From Paramecium tetraurelia (Eukaryota): a stretch of 64,000 nucleotides of DNA. Of this stretch, positions 13,871 through 26,127 are shown in pieces (position 1 is the stretch's first letter; each line of letters begins with the position of its first letter). Below the pieces are notes generated by a model. That model did no database searches. It was not told the origin of the DNA and was given only the letters and a program-made list of their open reading frames with translations. The position numbers were made by a program, and so were the translations under genes. The stretch spans positions 1 to 64,000 of the forward strand of contig CT868653.1 in NCBI GenBank assembly GCA_000165425.1, given 5' to 3'.

Positions 13871-15508
13871 ATGCAATACTAATAACAACGCATTTCAACT
13901 ACTCAAGAGTATAAATATACTTCACAAACAAAAAGCGCCAGGACTAACACTCCTAAAACTCATCATAGTCCTTATGAGTTTTCTTTGGATTCAATTAGAT
14001 CACCTCAAGAAAATAGATCATCTAAACTAACTCCTGAAATTAGTCAATTCTTAATGGCTTGTGAAATTGAAAGACTCTCTGCTGAAAATGAAAAACTAAA
14101 ATTTAGAATCAAAGAAATGTAAGACAATGCATAAGATAAGTATCATTTAGAACTATAAATCATTGATTTAACTCATAGATTAAATGACATGTCAAAGATT
14201 ATTGAAATATAGAAATATGATAAATCTGAGTTAATTATGCAAACTACAACATTATAAAAGGAAATCTAACATTAGAAATAATAACAAACAGATTTTTATG
14301 AAAGTCGAATATCTAATCTCTTAAATGAAGTTGATAATCTTACGACCTAATTAAGAGAATTTGACACTCTTAAATTTGATGAAATCTAAATATTAAGAAA
14401 TGAATTAGAATTTGCAATGAAGACTGAAATTGTAACATATAATCTAAAGTAAATTAGGAAAAGAAAAAACAGAAACAAGAACTCAATTCTTAAATTTAAA
14501 GAGAATTTTTAGAAGGAGAGTTGAAAAAGTGGAAAGAAATGTGCAATCAAAAATAATCAGAAAATGATGATCTCAAAAATACAATCTTTTAGAAGGAACT
14601 CAGTAAGTAAAGAGAACTAGAACATTAATTATTGTCATATAAAAATGAAACAGAAAGGATGAATAAAGTATTAGTCTCCAAATAAGAAGATATTGAGATT
14701 TGGAAATAAAAATATTTAAAACTTCAAAATATCAATGAAGATTACAAAAAATTACAAATTGAAAATCAATAATTTCTTGATAAATTTAAAGCTTAAGAAG
14801 AAAGGAATACACTTCTTACTAGTTAATTAAATTAATACCGTTAATAAATTGAAAATGCAAATGCTCGTAATCTGTTGAGTTTTATTCTTAGTCATATTGG
14901 CTGAAAAAAACAAAACTAGTTAAATATTTACTTAATTAGCCGAGACGGACAAAAAGAAATCTGAATTTGAGAATAGATACAAAAACCTTTTGCTTGAAGT
15001 TGATAAACTAAATGAAATTAACAAAACTAAGGAACAACTTGCAATAACTCAAAATATTAAGTAAGATTATCTCCTATATATTCAAGGATTGAAGAATTTC
15101 AACATTCACTCATCTAGTACCGTTCTTTAAATGAAGAAAAAGCATAGGAAGTAGATACTCTTCGCAAATTTATAATTCAGTTATAATAATAAATTGTGTA
15201 ATTAGAAGAATAAATTGATTAACTTAAAAGATTCTAAGAGAATGTAAAAATATTTCTATCTTTAGTGTCGAGTCTTGTCTATTGAAATTGATAGACTTAA
15301 TGAAGAAAACAAGGCGTAAGATCTAGAATTGAGATAATGGAGAATGCAATATGCTGATCAGGGATTCCTTATAAAGAAACTTTAAGATTAACTTTGTGTG
15401 ATAGTGGTGTTAGTAAGTGAAATTGAGAGCCTAAGATCAAGATTATTAGAAAAAGATTTAGAAGTAGAAGATGCTAGAAGATCTAGTCTTGCTCCTTATA
15501 AAATGTGA
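13871..15508 (+). CDS. Coiled-coil hypothetical protein (repeated LxxEI(E/D)RL/KL motifs)
   Basis: Open under code 6 with tiny introns; LMACEIERL, LLLEVDKL, LSIEIDRL, LVSEIESL heptad motifs; TGA at 15506. Confidence 0.75.
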
Positions 15509-15567
15509 ATCTTAAGTATCTTAATTGAAATATAAAAATAATTACATATTTAATTCATTATTCAAAA

Positions 15568-16294
15568 ATGAAAGTTGTTCAAGCACTCAAATCCACCAAG
15601 TTTCCCTTCGCTTCATTTACTAACAGAGATGTTAAGTCTGATTTTCATCTCTTGAAACCTCACTTTGAAAACTTAGTCCCAGATGAGTACTTATAGAAAA
15701 GATTAAAATTGCCAACCAATAAAATTATGAGAAAGAGAAGAATGATGAATTATCATATAGAATTTGATAAAGATGGAAACATTACTAGATTCCATGAGGA
15801 ATACCGTCTTGATAATTATGATGAAACTAAGTGCTTACAACATGCAAATGTTTATGAGGAATTAACGAAGGAGATGAAATAAGATCAAATATATAAAGAT
15901 TTTCTCTATAACACTCTTCAAATCACTTGGCAACTAAAATAGTTTCAAAAAGCATAAATCTCAGTTCATGCTGTTAGAACTGTATCATAATGTAAAATAT
16001 TAGATATCCTACGTTGATTAACCTGCTTCCACTACACCAGAAGGTCCAAATAGAGATGGGAATGATTTAGAAATTATTGGTGTAATCAATAAAGTCAATT
16101 GTTAAGGAGCAGAAAGTTAGATTTACAGTTCTGATAAATCAAAATTATTGTTTGAAATGAGCCTAGAACCAGGAGAAGGTTATATAATTGATGATAAATC
16201 TTTGTGGAACTATGCAACATCACACAAACCTATTGATGAATCTCAACATGGCATAAGGGACATTTTAGGTTTTGTGCTCAAAATTGATCATTGA
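15568..16294 (+). CDS. 2OG-Fe dioxygenase family protein (PF10014/BsmA-like) with both His ligands replaced by Asn
   Basis: ISVHAVRT..TPEGPNRDG..VNCQGAESQIY..LEPGEGYIIDD..LWNYATSHKP..GIRDILGF matches the family pattern PEGxHRDG..DD..H..RD; one 22-nt intron. Confidence 0.78.
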
Positions 16295-16389
16295 ATAAGC
16301 ATTAAATTAACATTTTATAATGAATTAGAGTAATAATATTGAAATCAGAAAAATAACCTATTTTATTAATAAGAAACGAAAACCAGTGA

Positions 16390-17169
16390 TCATGATTAAA
16401 TCTAAATGTTTTGATATCTTTTTCCGTTGGCAAGCAAATTTGTTAAATGTTCTATTTCAATTTCATCAACATCTTCAAAAAGAGTATCCTTGTAATCAAA
16501 CTGATTTGCGCTTTGAATTAAAAGTTATTAAAGTTCCTCAATTTTAATATCATCCCTTATAAAGTGGACCTTACTTTTATTATAATTCAAATGATGAAAT
16601 GCCTTTACTAGATTTTCTTTGTCATGAATTTAGTCTTGGCTCAATTAAAAATTAGTAACAAAAATGTCTATTAAGTTTGAAAATTTTTTAAAGTGTTGGG
16701 CATCTTCCAAAAAATATTCTTTCATATTGATTATTTATTCAAAATTAACAACCAAATACAATCTTTATATATCATTGATATTTTATTTGTAGTATATAGT
16801 CAATTAATATATTGTTTCTTCTATTTATTCTTTAGAAACATCTTTTTCAATAGAAAAAGGGGAATTCACTAAATCTAAATTATTACCAATTGAAAATTCT
16901 TAAAACTAGTCAATATCTAATTTAATTGCTTAACTCTTAATGTTTTTTTCGGCTACTAGATTAAATATTTTTGTTTTTTCTTCACCAGAAGTTCCAATCA
17001 AAATTAATTTTTTTCTATTTCGCTTATTTTATCGTGAATTACAAATTTAAAACAGAAAAAGTATCGTTGCCATAATTGCTAAAAAGAAAATGGCAATTAA
17101 AATCTATTTCTATTAGCAATCGCTAATCTCTGTAAAGATATTCTATAATTGCAGTACTGCATATTGCAT
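16390..17169 (-). CDS. N-terminal TM + degenerate P-loop GTPase-like protein (AIG1/GIMAP- or SR-beta-like)
   Basis: Intronless ORF; TM ILIAIFFLAIMATILFLF, then LILIGTSGEEKTKIFN (degenerate G1), LVNSPF (degenerate G3) and LYLVVNFE. Confidence 0.65.
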
Positions 17170-17220
17170 TTTATTAAGAATAATAATATGTATAAATAAA
17201 AATGCAAAAAACTTAGAACT

Positions 17221-17952
17221 TCATATTCTATATTTTTTTATTGATAAATGTAACTATTACATTATTCGATTACCTTCCTATTAATCATATCCTTCAAAAA
17301 TTGTATTTCTTGGATGAAATTCTCCCTTCATACTCACTTATTAGGCAGCATTTAAAAATTATTCATTCAAAAGATCTGAATCTGTATTCTTATTTACTAA
17401 GATTATTCTCTTGTCAGCTTGTACAAATATTTACAAAGCATTGTAAAGTTCATCAGAACTATTTTTTTGATCATCAGCTTTTTCAAATGAAGTAATAACA
17501 ATTATAATCAAATCTCTATACTAGTGGAACCATTTAATACAACTTAACAAATTGGCTTTTATTATGTCGGTCCTATCATATTCAGTAACTATATATAAAC
17601 ATTTAATTTAGCTTTTAAGCAAAGCTTCCCTTCTAAAGAATTTTTAATATTCTTCAATGCACTTTTCTCGTTCATCTATTGTGTCTGTCAATGTTAAGAA
17701 AGGACATGAAACAACATAAAAATTTTTGTTTTACTTTGAATTCCATAATTTATGAGATTAAAAATTATTTTGCTTGAAATTTGAACTTGTGTTCTGTAGC
17801 TTTATAAATAGTGTTGGAGAATAATTTATTCCCAAAATTAGTGCTAATTAATGTTGAGTGCCAAATATTTTCCGAAAACATCCTACAGCTTTAAGGAAAA
17901 TCTCAAAGACTAAATTAACTACGTATTTTATAAAGGTTGTCAAGATTGACAT
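17221..17952 (-). CDS. Tandem paralog of the preceding degenerate GTPase-like protein
   Basis: Intronless ORF; LYIVTEYDRTDIIK, IIIVITSFE and NTIFEGYD align with LYLVVNFEQIINMK, IDIFVTNFQ and DTLFEDVD of the neighbour. Confidence 0.65.
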
Positions 17953-18172
17953 TATATATAATAATGTTTGTTTATCTAGTAAACAAAGATAGAGTATTGA
18001 TTAATTCTATTAAACCTTAACAATAATTTTATAAATAATCCTATTTGTGTTTTTTCTAATTTAATTACATAATTTCAAAAAAAGCTGTTATTATTCAAAA
18101 CTACCCATGGTCCAAAAACAAAAATATTAGGTATTTTTTATAGATTTAGAAAATGATTAAAACATAATAAAT

Positions 18173-19282
18173 TCAAATTTTCTTACCATCCAACCACTCT
18201 CCTGTTTGTTTGTTGCCACTTGGATCGATGACTTCACCTTTACCATGTTACTTTCCATCTTTCCAATACCCTTTATAGATTTTTCCGTCTTGCCAATAAA
18301 ATTCACCATATCCACACTTTTTATCTTCTTTATAATCTCCTAAAATATTTTATAAAATCTACATACCTAGATATTTCTTACCATCAGGCCAAACAAAGAT
18401 GCCTTTTCCATCCATTTTATTTTCCTTCCACTCTCCTTGATATCTTCTTTTATCAGCCCATGTGTATTCTCCTTAGCCATGAATTTAGTTATCAAGAAAC
18501 TATCCTTGATATTTGGCACCATCACTCCAAGTAAAAATACCATTTCCGTTCTTTTTACCTTATTTATACTATCCTTCAAAATATGAATTATCTGGCCAAT
18601 ACTCTTTACCTTCACCTTCTTGTTGATTATCAACCCATTATCCTTCATATCGAGCCCCATCAAAATGATAATATATTCCAAATCCCTTTGCACCTCCATT
18701 CATCCAAAACCCTTCATATGCATCTCCATCTGCATAAATTATTCTACCATGTCCACAAATCATGTCACTTTACCATTAACCTTCATAAATGGACCCGTCC
18801 AACCAAAATTATTTACCATAACCTTCTCTCTTTATACCTTCCCAATTTCCTATATATATGACTTCCCCCTTTATTTAATAAGGAAGCTGAGCTTAACCAC
18901 TGTGTTACACCTATTAGATCGGAATATATTTTCCAATTCTTTCGAGAGTTCTCTTGATGTTATTATTAGTAATTTCAATTGTTTATTCATATAGCCTCAA
19001 ATCAGGATGTTGAAGTTATTATGGAACCTCGGTCAGTTATTAAACATCTTGTTTTTGTGATTGCTGTTAGAGGGATTTGAAAATATTTGGATCTTCGTCG
19101 CTCTTCCTTTGTTCCAACTCCTGCTTCTTTTCATCTGTTATTTCTGCAGAAACTTCTTAGGCTAATATTTTCTAATTGTCTATAGTGATATATTGTAACT
19201 ATTCAACAAATGCAGGAGTTTGAGAATTGCTGATAACTTGATGATTCAGTATTGGTTGTTGAGCACAACATTTTGCTCCCAT
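18173..19282 (-). CDS. MORN-repeat protein with N-terminal acylation motif (MGAKCC)
   Basis: Many YxGxWxxxKxxGxG repeats in the code-6 translation; putative Gly2 myristoylation and Cys palmitoylation. Confidence 0.9.
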
Positions 19283-19311
19283 GTATATATTAATTTTAAT
19301 TTATAAAATAG

Positions 19312-19587
19312 ATGAGTTAGAGGAAATTGTTCAGATACTACATCGATCAAAGCATTCAATAGTAAAATGAATAGAAATTGTTTCTGACAAGAGTCAATAG
19401 GTGGAGATTCAACACTTTGGACAAATCAAATTGTATAAAATATTATGAATCTGTGATTAGTCTTGAAATCCACTAGGCCCATCAAACCCATACTATTTGG
19501 TTTAGCTTGTTTGGCAGTTTATGGTACTGTAAATCTCTATAAGTAGATTGGACATACGGCTTTTATCGTATTGATGAACATCATTGA
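19312..19587 (+). CDS. Small single-TM protein (about 74 aa), probable complex I subunit NDUFB3-like
   Basis: Two tiny introns give MSQRKLFRYY..RVNRWRFNT..PIKPILFGLACLAVYDWTYGFYRIDEHH; WR(F/Y) motif, TM and C-terminal HH resemble NDUFB3/B12. Confidence 0.5.
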
Positions 19588-19622
19588 TTTATTATTAACA
19601 ATAAATATATAATTATAACAAT

Positions 19623-21316
19623 ATGTCTACTCACGTCAATCAAGCATAACAGAATTTAACCAATTCGCAACAAGAAACCAAGTAATTCCCTTATTATATA
19701 TAGTCTCAGGAATCGCATCAGATCGAGAAAATTGTTCATATCAACAATTATTAAATTCTTCTTTGCTGTAATGCTATTTTTACTGCTCAGTCTCCAGATC
19801 TAATATCACCTGGATGTTATTTCCATTTTTGTACTTTTTCTAATATACCATCTCACTGACTTTTTGAATGCCCTATACTATCATTTTAAGATGAAAAAAT
19901 TGTAAATACGATTGTAAATATTCTTATTTATACAGCAAGAAGAAAAAGTTATTGGGCTATGTTGGAGCCACATTATTTGATTTCTTTTATTTAACATGCT
20001 TATTGTTGCTAAAAAAAGTCGGATACCAATATTTTGTTTACAGTAATGTATTTTTAGTTATTGCAATTTTAATGAACTTCTACTCACTCTATCAAGATAG
20101 AGCTTTATTAGAATCACTAAAAATGTTGAATCAAATATCTTTATTGACAAGAATTTATGTAGCGATATGTTCACTATTTATAACTTTGAAAATAGATAAA
20201 GTCATAATTTGGAATTGGACTCCAACATTATGGGGTGTTTGGGTCGGTTTGATTTGTTTTATTGGTATTAGTGCAGGTTCTCTAATAGTAACATTTAGCA
20301 AGATAATATAATATCTGTTTGACAGATAAAATTTATAGAGATCAGAATGTATTTGTTCCTATAACAACTTTTAGTAATTTCCTACATCTGGTTAACTCAA
20401 CTGCTCATATTTGGGAGTGTTTCCATATCATTAAGTTCTTTGGGATATTTAGAGTATTTAGAAAATCAACCAAATTATTCTCACAATTTCGTTGTGCAAG
20501 AATATTTCATAATTGCTGAATTTTTCATCATTTTAATTTATTCCTTTATATTTTCGTATAGATATCTGTGAATAAATATACATAACACTCTTAAGATGAT
20601 GAACCTGTTAACTAATAATAATTTTCTGTTAACATACAAGGAAACAACTAAACTTTGTAATAAATCAATCCGACTTCCTCAAGAACTTAGATTCCTTAGG
20701 TTGTGTAAAAAATATCAAAAGCCTATTTTGGAATACCCTCTTTGATCAAGAAGGAAGGGGGTGATTAAGATTCAATTAGTGGGTCTCCAGTTCTTAAGAA
20801 ATCATCAAAAGGGCACAAAAGAGCATTTTCCAGCTAAGGAGTCGCTTCATAGATGTTTTAAGAATTGGATTATATAGTTATTGATAAGCAACCTCCTAAT
20901 GCTTTAAATAAGACTACTTCTAATGAATTAAAATTTTAAATTGATAAAAAGAGATGTAATTCTCATTTAGTAACAGTAAATTATTATTGTTTAATATTAG
21001 ATTGCTCATGATGACAGTATTTAAAATAAAAAACAGGAAATGAGTATGAGTTAGACCAGCAACATTTGTATAGTGTGTTATGAAAGGGGACCGAATGCTG
21101 TTTTTATGAATTGTGGTCATGGAGGAACATGTTATCAATGTGCTATAGACATTTGGAAATAAAAAACAGTTTGTTACTTATGTAGGAATGTAATATTTAG
21201 TAATTAATCAAAATTAGAAAATTGAATACATTTTAAAGGTTGATTTGGAGGATAGATATGGAGATTTATTTAAAGTTGTTTCTACTGCTTAAATGATAGA
21301 TTAATTTAATAAATGA
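19623..21316 (+). CDS. Multi-pass membrane protein (TMEM185-like) with C-terminal RING finger, putative E3 ligase
   Basis: LKIDKVIIWNWTPTLWGVW; C-terminal CIVCYERGPNAVFMNCGHGGTCYQCAIDIWKQKTVCYLCR. Confidence 0.85.
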
Positions 21317-21361
21317 AAAGCATGCGTGTTAATTATATAAAATTTTCTATGACTATACTAA

Positions 21362-21631
21362 TCATTGTCTTGGTTATACATTTACTTTGATTTCACAATT
21401 GTATTTTTATTCTTGAGGATTTTAAAAATTTAATAAGATAACATAGTTTGATTTTGACTTCATCTCAAAATTAGCTATTTTGTCTTTCAAAGTTAAATTT
21501 TCGTTTTGTACAATTAAGAGGTTATTCAGTTTTAACTCGCACTCTACCTTTCTTATATTATTAGATTGGTTAACAAAATGTAATAAAACTCCTAAAATAC
21601 AAATAAATAGTATACCTTTTTTGTTCTCCAT
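21362..21631 (-). CDS. Small hypothetical protein (about 80-90 aa)
   Basis: ATG to TGA open under code 6, with a candidate 24-nt intron. Confidence 0.45.
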
Positions 21632-21692
21632 AATAAAAATTTTTAGATTTTGAATTTCAATGAATTGCACATCCTATTTAAAATATATATAT

Positions 21693-23279
21693 TCAAAAAC
21701 TGAAGGCTTAATTTTAAAGTCTACTTAACATTTAAAGCGAATTACTGGAGACTAAAGTAAAGTTCTGGGGTCAAATTTGTAAAGCAATAACATATATTCT
21801 TTTGGGGGTATCGAAACCTTTCTGAAGGTTTCCATTTATTAGGTTTCATAATTGATTAAATTTTCATGTATATTAAACTAAAGATACTCTTCGAAATGTA
21901 AATCTCCATGATTCTCATAATATATGTACATAAATCCAATAGTATTATCCATAGTCATCTATACCTGTGGAAATCCTTCTTTTTATAATTTACCAATATT
22001 TTATCTGTTTGCTTTTGATGTTTATCTGATAATTGCTACCATTAGTTCTTTTAATTTTCCCTCACTTTATTCGCTTTAATCAAAATTTTATGGTGGTTTC
22101 AATCCTTAGATTTACAATTTTAATACTTTTTATTAATTTTACAATTCTTGAGATAGCAATTCAAGATTATAGAATTCTGCTTGGCAGAGCAAAGTGTATT
22201 TTCCTTTTTCTAATTCTGTTCTATGATAAAGATTTTGATTGAAATCATTAGTGTCAGAAATTAACTAATAGCTTTTCTTATGATTCTTAAATAATAAAAA
22301 TCTTATCAATCCATATTTTATTTCTTATTATTATTTCAATGAATTAAAGTTTTAATCTCTCTAACAAATTGAGATCCAATAAGTGTCTTTCTTATTAATT
22401 TGAAAATTATAAATGTATGTATGTTCAATAAATTACAATTTTCTTTCCATAGGCTATTGCATTGTAAAGGTATAAATTTGAGAATTTTTATTTAAATGGA
22501 CTTAAAACAAAGGGTATTATTGAAATTCATTCCAACTGAAAAGGAATTTGGAATCATTTTATTTCACACCTGCATCGCAAATTGATTCTTAGTTAATGGC
22601 TTATAATTCAACTTAATTTTCTTTTATTGATAATATTACGTATGCATTATTTCTCTATTTGTAGTTAACTTCAATATAAAAAATCGAGCTTTTTTACTCT
22701 AATAGAGTTCGCAATTCTTCAATCCTATTCATTTAAATTTGTGTAATTGGTTAACCAATCAAAAGCTTAAAATATACAACGTCAAATTACATATACAAAC
22801 GATTATATCGATTGAGTTACTAAATGATTATATACATTGTAACTATTGCCTAGTAATTTAGCAACAGCTTTTTCAATTATTATAGCCCATTAATAAGTGC
22901 ATTTGAACAGTGTTTCATCACTATTCTTAAGACAAAGCACTTAATCATCTACAATCGATATTTTCCATTCACCTTGGTCACAAAGCCAAACAGCAAAGGG
23001 GTTCTCTCTAATCTCATAAATATTCCTCATAAGTTCAATTTCTGATTGCAGCACATTAAAAGCATTGATAAGAGCAAAATGATCATAATATTTTGAAATC
23101 TAAAACGATAAGCAAGCGCGTAATGAATTTGGTATATCGATATCATCTATGGATTTAATTGAAATATTTGGAAAATTATTCAAGTTTAATTAGAAACCTG
23201 GAGCTTTATTTTGGCTATCTTAATATAAAGCAATAGTTTATTTTCCTTTTCTATAAGCACTTAATATTCTGTCTTACAT
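21693..23279 (-). CDS. Calpain-like protein with degenerate catalytic triad
   Basis: FAVWLCDQGEWKISIVDD, WAIIIEKAVAKLLGNSY, NAYVILSI and NDSKFLFSWNEF match CysPc landmarks; a domain-III-like segment follows. Confidence 0.78.
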
Positions 23280-24014
23280 TTAATTATAAATTATATTCTA
23301 TTATTTAACCAATATTCACATCTCTTTCATCAACAAACTCTCAACTATTTTACTTGGCTTATAGCATTTTTACATGATCTAACTCTAAAGTAGAGATACT
23401 TTTATGATTGCAAATTTGTAATAAGTTTCTAACAAAATAATAAAGCCAATAGTCAACTACGTATTAAATCCTATTTTTGTTTGCTTAAATAAGCTAAAGG
23501 TTTTTCAATATATGGATATGCTAAATTTTTAATTTTGAAAAGCAAAATCTATGATTTTATTATCATGAGATAGTTTATTTTTATTACTATTCTCTTTGTA
23601 CGGATAGAGGAGTGCAATCTATTTATATGTACGGCTTTATCTACCAGCATATTTTTGTCAGCAACTTTTTTTAAGTAGAGTTTGTTTTATAAATTCATAA
23701 AAGAACTACTTAAATCTGCTAGTATGAATAGTCATCCAGATATTTTCGATTCATAGTAAGAACTTTCAATCAATAGGAGAATGTTTCTTTTTGATTTGTT
23801 CTTTTTTATTTTTATATGAGACATCACTTTATTATATACTGTCTTTTATAATACTTAGAGTCATTTATAATCATGAACATGCTTACTATTACAATCTTAA
23901 GTTTCTCAAAATTAGGTCCAAAATTGCTTAAGAGATTTCTGTTTCTTAAATCTACGACATTACAATTAAATCAAAGCATTATTAAATTCTTTTTTACAGC
24001 ATTTTAATTTTTTC

Positions 24015-24413
24015 ATGGACGACTCTTTCGAATTAGATATTCTGTGTAAATAGAACCCTAACAACTTATTTCTGTAAAAAGAAACTGAGATTGTTAATTA
24101 TCTTAGATCTTTGGGAATCAAAATGAAAACTGATCCTACAATCAAATAGGAATTATTCCACTCTAAACGAAAACAACAATTCACAAAGTCAAACACAACC
24201 TAATTTGACATCATTAGCATTAAGCAATTGGAAATTTCATCAAATTCAATTAAATCTCGCAGAACACCCTCCCATACACCTCAAAGTTCCCCCTTAATGA
24301 TTAATTAAGAAAATGTTGGGCAAACTAGAAAGTCAATCTTCTCTATCAGATTAGATGGTTTTGGAGATGAAAATTTAGAAGATGAGGTAGGAGACTATTT
24401 TACTAATATGTGA
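24015..24413 (+). CDS. Hypothetical protein (132 aa, Ser/Thr-rich, acidic tail)
   Basis: Intronless ORF MDDSFELDIL..EDEVGDYFTNM*. Confidence 0.6.
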
Positions 24414-24423
24414 TTAATCAATA

Positions 24424-26127
24424 TCATTATCTATATACATCATAAACACTTTTGTTCAGCATATGTTAGGGAACTGGCTCATTTTTAAGTAGTTTTGATA
24501 CAATTGACATCATCTTTTGTTGGTTGTTGAATTTCTAAACTTAATTATAAAATTAAATACATTTTTAATCTCCTTCACTTCTTCATAAATTGAGGAATTT
24601 AAAGCGTTTGTGCATGATGGATCATCACATTTCACATTGTAAGAATTCATCCCAAAACCTTCATTATCTTCTTCCAACATCTTTTAAGTTTTCTAATATT
24701 TCTACATCACTAATTTGATGCAATAACAAAGTGCATATACAAATCTAACATTCTCAGAATTGTTAGCCAATTAAATAAGCATTTTTACAAAGGAACCTGT
24801 AACTTCTTATGAAAAATGTCTTTTCCTTATGAATGCACTGTCTAATATTCTCAAGATCAAGCTCTCTTCCTCCTCAGTGATTTTTATTTTTTTGTTTGTC
24901 CACATGTCCAATAAACAAACATAAAATCTTTACATTGTCTCCTTGTCATCTACCCCAAAAACAGATGCTGGTCCATCCATTATAGATTACAGAGCAAATA
25001 TGGTTTTTAATCTTAAGTTAATATATTTCAACAAATTATCCTTTTTCTATCTAAGTATGTTAGTCGAAGATAATAAGCATTCAAAGATTCCTTAGATTAA
25101 TTCAATGTTTATCAAATGAACATATTGCAAAATTCCATTTAAAGCAGATTCATAATATTTTGATACTCTAGGTAATTTGAGTACTTTAAAATAGATATAA
25201 AATATTTTTGAAAGAATCTCTCCATTCTAAAGCATAAATATAAATATATTACATTTTTAGCCAAAGTCTTTTTATCTAAGTCTCCTTATGCTTCTTATAA
25301 TTCGTCCTAAACCTCTTTTAACAATTTCTTTTATTTAGCCATTTCTTCCTTAGTCAATTTTTATTTCTTTTTATCCTTCTCTTTCTAACTGAAGTATTCT
25401 CTTTTCTTTTGCTTTACTGCCCTCTTCTTTTCCTTCTCTTATTTCTCTAATTCCTGAGGTAAAAACTTAGTGTCTATCTATATTTAATTAACTAAGTCAA
25501 CAAGATTATCTGGTAATTGATCTTCATGTTTAGTCTGATAAAGCTTTTGTATTTGTGTTAATATTTAGAGTTTGGACTCATGTAAAGAATGCTTCTTGTT
25601 TCTTAAAATATTAGCGAGAGAATTGTAACATATTTCATTACAAGTCAATAAACCATAAGTAACATATTGAACCAATTCTCTATTGTAATTAAAATGGAAT
25701 AATGAATTCAACAATTTGCAGAGACTATGGATAAATATGATAAATACCTCTGATAGCAGGTTTCCACAAGAGGTCCTTAAGATATTAATTTAACAAATGT
25801 AAATTGAGCTTTAATAAATTGATAATAATTTTTTATTAGACTCAATTCAAAGTTAAGTACTTATTTCTCTTCTTTTTTGATAAACTTAGTGACTTTAAAT
25901 TCGTGAGCCTATTAATCAATTTTGTATAATGGTGCGATGTCAATAAACAAGTCTGTTAATGCCATAATTGTCATTTGAACGATGAACACATTTTCATGTT
26001 TGAGTAATTCAATTAATTAAGGCAACTCTGAAATCCTCTAATCTGGGTTTGCCTGAATTTCTGTTACCTTTTCCTCAATCATATGAGTAAGCTAAGTGAG
26101 AGTCATTGTTCTTTGATTTTCAGACAT
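24424..26127 (-). CDS. NOC3: Nucleolar complex protein 3 (NOC3/CBF family)
   Basis: LTDLFIDIAPLYKI, FELSLIKNY, LFHFNY, IFYIYFKVLK and ALNGILQYVHLINIE motifs. Confidence 0.85.

Noticed and set aside
18367..18994. Three overlapping ORFs suggesting overlapping genes
   Set aside because: Off-frame or antisense shadows of the MORN-repeat gene
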